64,000 nt of DNA, taken from contig NZ_JABEMC010000001.1 in the NCBI RefSeq assembly GCF_013004595.1, forward strand, positions 1 to 64,000, written 5' to 3'. Shown in pieces: positions 58,227 to 64,000 of this stretch. How positions within the stretch are numbered: the first letter of the stretch is position 1; each line of letters begins with the position of its first letter. The notes beneath the pieces were generated by a model that worked only from the letters and a program-made list of their open reading frames with translations, was not told the DNA's origin and made no database searches. The translations under genes were made by a program, and so were the position numbers. Origin of the DNA: Brevibacterium luteolum. GTDB taxonomy: Bacteria > Actinomycetota > Actinomycetes > Actinomycetales > Brevibacteriaceae.

Positions 58227-59681
58227 ATGCCCATGACACTCGAACAGGCGCAGAAGACCACCGCCCGGCTCTCAGACGCGCTGCTCGCTCGCCGCCCTCG
58301 CACTGCTAAGGAGCTGTCCTACTACCGCGGCGACCAGGGCGAGCTGCGCTTCGCCTCCCCGAAATTCTCCGAGAACTTCCGTAAGCAGTTCGAGGGCTTC
58401 TCCGACAACTGGTGTGCCCCGGTCGCTGACGCCTCACCGGAGCGGATGGTGCTGCTGGGCATCCGCCCGTATGGCACCATCCAGGCCGACAAGGAGACCA
58501 ACCGCGCATGGGAAGCCGCCGACGCCGCTGCCGGCATGCAGACAGCCCTGCAGGTGCGCGCCGCAGCACGGCGGGCGTTCGCTCTCATCGCACCGGGCAA
58601 ACGTCCTGATCGGCCTCGGATCACGTTCGAGAATCCTGAGCAGGTCTACGTCGACTCCGACCCGGCGACACGGGAGCGCCGCTCAGCTCTCGTCACCTGG
58701 GCAGACGACAAGAAGGAGTACGCAACCCTCTACCTGCCTGACGAAATCTGGAAGTTCGAGCGGGAAACCTCCGAGGAGCGCTGGCAGCGTCAAGGCCGGC
58801 CTGCCGACCTGTTCCAGGGCTGGGAGCCACGAGCCGGCGACACCCACTTCTGGGGCTCGAACCCGTTCGGCGAGGTGCCAGTCGTGGAGCTGCGCAATCG
58901 TGACCTCCTCGACGACGAGCCGATCTCAGACATCGCCGGGGTCATGGCGATGCAAGACGCGATCAACCTGATCTGGGCCTACCTCATCAACGCCCTCGAT
59001 GCCGCATCGCTGCCACAGCGGATCGTCACCGGTGCCGAGCCGCCGAAGATCCCGATCCTCGACCAGCACGGCCAGCAGATCGGCGCTCGCCCGGTCGAGC
59101 TCGACAAGCTCCTCGGCGAGAAAGTCCTGTTCGTACCGGGGGAGAACGTCGGTGTCGCTGAGTGGTCGCGCTCGCAGCTCGGGCCGTTCTCCGAGGTCAT
59201 CAACCAGGCGATCGAGCACATCGCCGCCCAGACCCGCACGCCACCGCACTATCTGATGACGAAGATGGTCAACACGGCCGCCGAGGCGCTGACCATCTCC
59301 GAGGCCGGCCTGGTCTCCAAGACCCGCCAGTCCGTCATGCACGTCAACTCCGCAGTCCGCGAGATCTACAAGCTCATGGCCATCGCCATGGACCGGCCCT
59401 CCGCCGAGGTCGACGCGCTCGCCGCCGGCCGGCCCATGTGGGCCGATATCCAGTATCGGTCGGAGGCGCAGCGTGCGGATGCGCTGGTGAAGAAGCGCCA
59501 GATGGGCTACCCGTTGCGCTGGATCTTCGAGCAGGATGGTGCCAGCCCGGAGGAGATCGAGCGCATCATGGAGATGATCCGCGAAGAGCGCGCACAGGAT
59601 GCGCTGGCCGCTGACCACTTCGCCACCACCACGGCCATGAATCCAGCGCTCGACGCACCGTCCTCCCAGCTGATGGAGTGA
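58227..59681 (+). CDS. Phage portal protein (SPP1 gp6-like)
   Basis: YYRG.Q, DNWC..V, NPFGEVPVV, QDAIN and TRTPPHYL. Confidence 0.9.
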   Translation: MPMTLEQAQKTTARLSDALLARRPRTAKELSYYRGDQGELRFASPKFSENFRKQFEGFSDNWCAPVADASPERMVLLGIRPYGTIQADKETNRAWEAADAAAGMQTALQVRAAARRAFALIAPGKRPDRPRITFENPEQVYVDSDPATRERRSALVTWADDKKEYATLYLPDEIWKFERETSEERWQRQGRPADLFQGWEPRAGDTHFWGSNPFGEVPVVELRNRDLLDDEPISDIAGVMAMQDAINLIWAYLINALDAASLPQRIVTGAEPPKIPILDQHGQQIGARPVELDKLLGEKVLFVPGENVGVAEWSRSQLGPFSEVINQAIEHIAAQTRTPPHYLMTKMVNTAAEALTISEAGLVSKTRQSVMHVNSAVREIYKLMAIAMDRPSAEVDALAAGRPMWADIQYRSEAQRADALVKKRQMGYPLRWIFEQDGASPEEIERIMEMIREERAQDALAADHFATTTAMNPALDAPSSQLME

Positions 59682-59685
59682 CCTC

Positions 59686-60825
59686 GTGTCCCGCCCGCTG
59701 ACCATCGCCCGGAAGCACCGTCAGGTCACCACCGACCTGACCTCCGACACCTACAAGCGGCTGCTCGCGCAGTGGAACAGCGTCGACGAGAACGCGATCC
59801 TCGACTCCTGGAACGAACAGCTCCCGCACGCGGCAGCCACTGTCGGTCAAGCGCAGACGCTGGCCGCGATCGACTCGACAGCCTACGCCGAGACCGTGCT
59901 CGACGCCCAAGACCTCGACATCGACGGACCGACCATCGAAGCCCGCGCATTCGCCGGCACCATGCAGGCATCCGGCGCTCGCGTCGAGGCAGCGCTCGCC
60001 GGCGTCGCCTACCACTCCCTCGACCGGATCGGTGAGGGTATGCCTCCGGCGCAGGCCCTGACCGCCGGCCGCAGGGACCTGTCCCGCCTCATCCAGACGT
60101 CGATCATCCAGGTCGCCACAGCAGCCACCGGAGCGTTCGCGCTCACTCGCACGAAACCGACGACCGGCTACGTCCGTGTCGTTCATGCCAGCGGCTGTGA
60201 CCGCTGCGCGATCCTCGCCGGCCGCTTCTACCGATGGAACGCCGGCTTCAACCGGCACCCGCACTGCCGGTGCGAGCACCTACCGACCACGCGGCCACGA
60301 AGCGACGAATTCACGACCGACCCCTACGACCACTTCAACAACCTCTCCGAGGACGACCAGGACCGCATCTACACGAAAGCGGGCGCGCAGGCGATCCGAG
60401 ACGGCGCCGACATTTACCAGGTCGTCAATGCCCGCCGTCAAGGAGCTCTCACACCCTCGGGCAGGTTCACCCGCGAGGGCATGGGCAAACGCGGCTACTA
60501 CCGCACCCACACCGGGTACGGACAGGCCGGACGCCGCAGGCTCTCCGTCGACGAGATCTACCGCCGAGCCAACGGCTCACCGGACAGGGCACGCAAACTG
60601 CTGGCCGACTACGGCTACCTCACCGACCAAGGCCAGATAGCCGGTGGCGTCATCAGAGGAAACGTCGAGGGCTACGGCCAGTTCGGCCGCGGCGGCACCC
60701 GCGTCGGTGCCACAGCCGAAGTGCTCCGCGCGCGCCGCACCGGCGTCCGCAACCCGAACTCGCAGTACACCATGACCGCTGCTGAGCTGCGCGAGCACCG
60801 CCGCAAGATCTACGCAGCAGCCTGA
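59686..60825 (+). CDS. Minor capsid / MuF-like head protein
   Basis: YVRV...CDRCAILAGR...HPHCRC; follows the portal gene. Confidence 0.8.
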   Translation: MSRPLTIARKHRQVTTDLTSDTYKRLLAQWNSVDENAILDSWNEQLPHAAATVGQAQTLAAIDSTAYAETVLDAQDLDIDGPTIEARAFAGTMQASGARVEAALAGVAYHSLDRIGEGMPPAQALTAGRRDLSRLIQTSIIQVATAATGAFALTRTKPTTGYVRVVHASGCDRCAILAGRFYRWNAGFNRHPHCRCEHLPTTRPRSDEFTTDPYDHFNNLSEDDQDRIYTKAGAQAIRDGADIYQVVNARRQGALTPSGRFTREGMGKRGYYRTHTGYGQAGRRRLSVDEIYRRANGSPDRARKLLADYGYLTDQGQIAGGVIRGNVEGYGQFGRGGTRVGATAEVLRARRTGVRNPNSQYTMTAAELREHRRKIYAAA

Positions 60826-60897
60826 CCCCACCCACAGTTCCAGCTCGCCGTGGCAATCGCGGCGGGCCCTCACCCATGCGCAACGCAGGAGGAAACC

Positions 60898-61575
60898 ATG
60901 GCAGACACCACCGTGACCGTCACCGAGGACACTGACGAGCAGCAGCACGGCCCAGACGAGTCCCAGCAGCCAGACGATCAGCACGGCCCCGCGGGCGACG
61001 AGCAGAACCACGACGACAGCGAATCCGGCGGTGACGACGACGCTGACCCGGAGGGCGCCGACCAGCTCGGCGACCCCGGCAAGAAGGCGCTCGCCTCGAT
61101 GAAGGCCGAACGAAACGCCGCGAAGAAGCAGGCCAAGGAGCTGCAGAAGCAGCTCGATCAGATCCGCGCCGAGCAGGAACGGGCGAACAAGTCACCAGAC
61201 GAGCAGGCGATCGACGCCGCGAAGGCCGAGGCCCGGGCAGAAGCGCTCGAAAAGGCCAACGCCCGCATCCTGCGCTCCGAGCTCAAGGCCGCCGCCACCG
61301 GCAAGCTGCGCGACCCCTCCGACGCGCTGGCCTTCCTCGATCTGTCCGAGTTCGAGGTCGACGACGACGGCAATGTCGACGCCGACGAGCTCGCTGACGC
61401 CCTGGATGACCTCCTGACCCGAAAACCACACCTCGCCGCGCAAGGCGGCACTGCGAGCTTCGACTCTGCACGGGGCAAGCCCAAGCCCAGGAAGAAGCTC
61501 TCGAAAGCCGACCTCGAAAAGATGACGCCCGCGGAAGTGACGAAGGCGTATCGCGAAGGTCGCGTGGACACCTGA
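60898..61575 (+). CDS. Capsid scaffolding protein
   Basis: Acidic N-terminus, LGDPGKKAL..MK coiled coil, KPHLAA; precedes the capsid gene. Confidence 0.85.
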   Translation: MADTTVTVTEDTDEQQHGPDESQQPDDQHGPAGDEQNHDDSESGGDDDADPEGADQLGDPGKKALASMKAERNAAKKQAKELQKQLDQIRAEQERANKSPDEQAIDAAKAEARAEALEKANARILRSELKAAATGKLRDPSDALAFLDLSEFEVDDDGNVDADELADALDDLLTRKPHLAAQGGTASFDSARGKPKPRKKLSKADLEKMTPAEVTKAYREGRVDT

Positions 61576-61620
61576 CACCGACCCTGACCGGGGCCGGTCT
61601 ACATCACGAAAGGAAACATC

Positions 61621-62439
61621 ATGTCCATCGAGAAGTTCATTCCGAAGCTGTGGGCATCAGCGATGCTCACCGACTTCCGCAACCAGGCGGTCTGGGCTGG
61701 CCTCACGAACCGGGAGTACGAACGCGAGTTCACCTCCGGCGACCAGATCACGATCAACACCCCAGTGCCGATCGCGATCAAGGACTACAAGGCCAACTCG
61801 CGGACCACCGAGCCCGACGCAATCTCGACCACCGCGATCGAACTGGTCATCGACCAGGAGAAGAACTTCGACTTCTACGTCGACGACATCGACCGCGCAC
61901 AGGCTGCCGGCGACCTCAACGTGTTCTCGCAGTCCGCCGCCGAGGGCCTCGTCGAGGACGCCGACAAGCACCTGGCCACCATGGCCGCAACGAACGCCAC
62001 CCCGGTCACCCCGGGCGCACCTGCCACCGACGCAAAGTCGGCCTGGAACGTCGTCCGAGACCTGCGCAAGGCCCTCGACAAGGCCGCCGTGCCGAAGCAG
62101 GGCCGAGTGTTCGTCGCCAACGCCGAGTTCTCCTCCCTGTTCTTCGAACACGACTCGAAGATCACCAACGCCGACCAGCTCGGCGACACCCAGGGACTGC
62201 GCGAGGCATCCATGGGACGCATCCTCGGCTTCGACGGCTACGAGTCCGAGAACGGCCCAACGGTAGACAAGCCGCAGGTCATCGCCTTCCACCGCTCCGC
62301 GCTCGCCTTCGTCTCGCAGATCCAGAAGACCGAGGCTATGCGGGCGGAGAAGAAGTTCGCTGACCGTCTGCGCGGACTGCACGTGTACGGCTCGAAGGTC
62401 GTCCGCCCGAAGGCCATCGTCTCCTACACGGCAGAGTGA
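61621..62439 (+). CDS. Major capsid protein
   Basis: FIPKLWA...NREYE...VIDQEK.FDF.VDDID...RGLHVYGSKVVRP. Confidence 0.9.
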   Translation: MSIEKFIPKLWASAMLTDFRNQAVWAGLTNREYEREFTSGDQITINTPVPIAIKDYKANSRTTEPDAISTTAIELVIDQEKNFDFYVDDIDRAQAAGDLNVFSQSAAEGLVEDADKHLATMAATNATPVTPGAPATDAKSAWNVVRDLRKALDKAAVPKQGRVFVANAEFSSLFFEHDSKITNADQLGDTQGLREASMGRILGFDGYESENGPTVDKPQVIAFHRSALAFVSQIQKTEAMRAEKKFADRLRGLHVYGSKVVRPKAIVSYTAE

Positions 62440-62453
62440 GGACGGGCAGAACC

Positions 62454-62903
62454 ATGACCTACGTCAAGGGACCCAACGGGACCGTCTTTGACGTGGCTGA
62501 GCACGTGGCCTCCGGCCTCATCAACGGAGGCCACGTGAAGCCAGCCACGAAGGACGAGTTCCTGAACGCGAATCCCGGCGCCGAGCCCGCCAAAGACGGT
62601 CACCCGACCGACGCCTCGAAGGCTGTCCCGCCGCTGGGCCAGGTCGCCGGCGATCTGCCAAGCGACACGATCGACATCTGGCCACCGGACAAGCGGCGCA
62701 CTGCCGCAGACCTGGATGCAGAGCGAGAAGCCGACACCGAGACCGACACCGGCGAAACCGACACCGGTGACACCGAGACGCCGGCCGGCAACGCCTCAAA
62801 GGACACCTGGCGCGAGCACGCGCTCACGCTCGGGTTCGCCGAGGAGCAGCTGGACGGTCTCGGCCGAGACGACATCAAGAAGCTCGTCTCCGGAGACGAC
62901 TGA
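62454..62903 (+). CDS. Phage protein with acidic DTET repeats and a small C-terminal helical domain
   Basis: PAGNASKDTW..HA...LGRDDI; follows the capsid gene. Confidence 0.7.
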   Translation: MTYVKGPNGTVFDVAEHVASGLINGGHVKPATKDEFLNANPGAEPAKDGHPTDASKAVPPLGQVAGDLPSDTIDIWPPDKRRTAADLDAEREADTETDTGETDTGDTETPAGNASKDTWREHALTLGFAEEQLDGLGRDDIKKLVSGDD

Positions 62904-62918
62904 GAGAGGTGGCATCCG

Positions 62919-63512
62919 ATGCTCATCACGATCGACGACGTGAAGGCCTGGGGCAACGACATCGATGACGACGAGCTCACGATGATCGAAACGCTCATCG
63001 CCGCCGCATCGGATGCCATCACCTCAGCTGCCGGCTGCCCAATCGCCTACCGAGAGTCCACCGTCCGTGTCATAGGCCTACCCGACCGGCTCCTGGAGCT
63101 GCCCGGCCTGCCGATCGACACCGTCCACGAAGTCCACGTCAACGACACCCTGCTCGACGCCCGCGCCTACGCGGTCGTCTCACAGGGCATCTACCGTAAC
63201 GACGGCTGGTCATGCGGCCACCACCTGCCAGAAATCCACGTCCGCTACTCCCATGGCCTCAAACAAGTCCCAGCAGACGTCAAGGCGCTCGCCGTCGGCA
63301 TGGTGACGGCTGGCCTGCATGAGGTGCGTGAGGGGTCATGGTCGATCCGCAACGGCGGCCTGTCGTCGGTGAGCATTGACGACTACCGGGAGTCCTACGC
63401 CACGACTGGTGAGTCCACGGAGATGGTCACACCGATGAGCCTGCCGTCCCGAACTCGTGCCTGGCTGCGTGCCCGGTTCGGAGGCGGGGCGACGGTCGTG
63501 GGGATGCTGTGA
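62919..63512 (+). CDS. Head-to-tail adaptor
   Basis: IAAASDAI..A.G..I, YSHG...VPADV and SIDDY.ESY. Confidence 0.8.
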   Translation: MLITIDDVKAWGNDIDDDELTMIETLIAAASDAITSAAGCPIAYRESTVRVIGLPDRLLELPGLPIDTVHEVHVNDTLLDARAYAVVSQGIYRNDGWSCGHHLPEIHVRYSHGLKQVPADVKALAVGMVTAGLHEVREGSWSIRNGGLSSVSIDDYRESYATTGESTEMVTPMSLPSRTRAWLRARFGGGATVVGML

Positions 63513-63934
63513 GCGCCCGTCGTGCGGCTGCAGCACTTATGCGCGGCCGGCGCGCTGCTAAGGCGCTGATGGTCGACCGCTGCACCATCTCCCGCGTCAC
63601 CGGTGAGACCACCGACCGCACCACTGGCAAGGTCGTGCCGCTCACCGAGCAGATCTACCCGAACGAGGACTACCCGGTGGGCTGCTGCAAGCTCACCTCC
63701 TACGAGGGCTACGAGGCCGAGCAGGAGTCTGCTGGCGCAGATATGACCGAGCAGCGCATGTCCATCCACCTGCCGGTCGGATCGGTGCGCGTCAACGTCG
63801 GCGACATCGTCGAGATCACCTACGCCGACCTCGATCCGCTGCTCGTCGGCCGCACGTACCGCATCAGCCAGGAAGCGCCGTTCCGCACGTACAGCACCGC
63901 CTACCGCATCTTCGTCGACTACATCGCTGATTGA
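63509..63934 (+). CDS. Head-tail connector/stopper (DUF6093-like)
   Basis: GRRAA.ALM.DRCTI.R...IHLPV...VGDIVEI. Confidence 0.75.
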   Translation: MSARRAAAALMRGRRAAKALMVDRCTISRVTGETTDRTTGKVVPLTEQIYPNEDYPVGCCKLTSYEGYEAEQESAGADMTEQRMSIHLPVGSVRVNVGDIVEITYADLDPLLVGRTYRISQEAPFRTYSTAYRIFVDYIAD

Positions 63935-63952
63935 GAGAAGAGGGGACGCCTC

Positions 63953-64000
63953 ATGGGTCTGCGCATCGACACCAGTGAAGTGGATCGCCTCGCCAGCGAC
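63953..64000 (+). CDS. Next virion gene, partial
   Basis: GAGGGG RBS; MGLRIDTSEVDRLASD runs off the window edge. Confidence 0.65.
   Translation, partial: MGLRIDTSEVDRLASD

Larger units (their letters stand above)
43930..64000. mobile_element. Prophage integrated at tRNA-Arg(ACG); continues beyond the window
   Basis: Repressor/cro, antirepressor, many translationally coupled small ORFs, HNH, terminase, portal, scaffold, capsid and head-tail genes. Confidence 0.97.

Noticed and set aside
59686..60825. MuF-fused polymorphic toxin
   Set aside because: No recognisable toxin motif and no immunity gene before the scaffold gene.

Overview
This is a high-GC actinobacterial chromosome segment; a Micrococcales host such as Brevibacterium is plausible but inferred. 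Bases 1-43.9 kb are host DNA: an IS481-family end interrupting a DASS transporter, three LPRTG-anchored surface proteins sharing an unnamed two-Cys domain, serS, bpa, ilvA, a degenerate maltokinase-like protein, a MerR/SulP/ars cluster, a DUF222-HNH gene, a TetR-MMPL-YhgE/Pip module, an LCP protein, a Pit transporter, pckG, two tRNA-Ser genes and tRNA-Arg(ACG). From tRNA-Arg to the window end lies a prophage with immunity, early, replication, packaging and head genes. The strongest signal is that the phage repressor ORF runs antisense into tRNA-Arg and takes its stop codon from the anticodon loop, the architecture of integration-dependent immunity. The best candidate for an undescribed system is a three-gene phage cassette: a beta-clamp-like protein plus two proteins carrying clamp-binding-like QxDLL motifs. 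All assignments come from manual motif recognition; no database searches were run.
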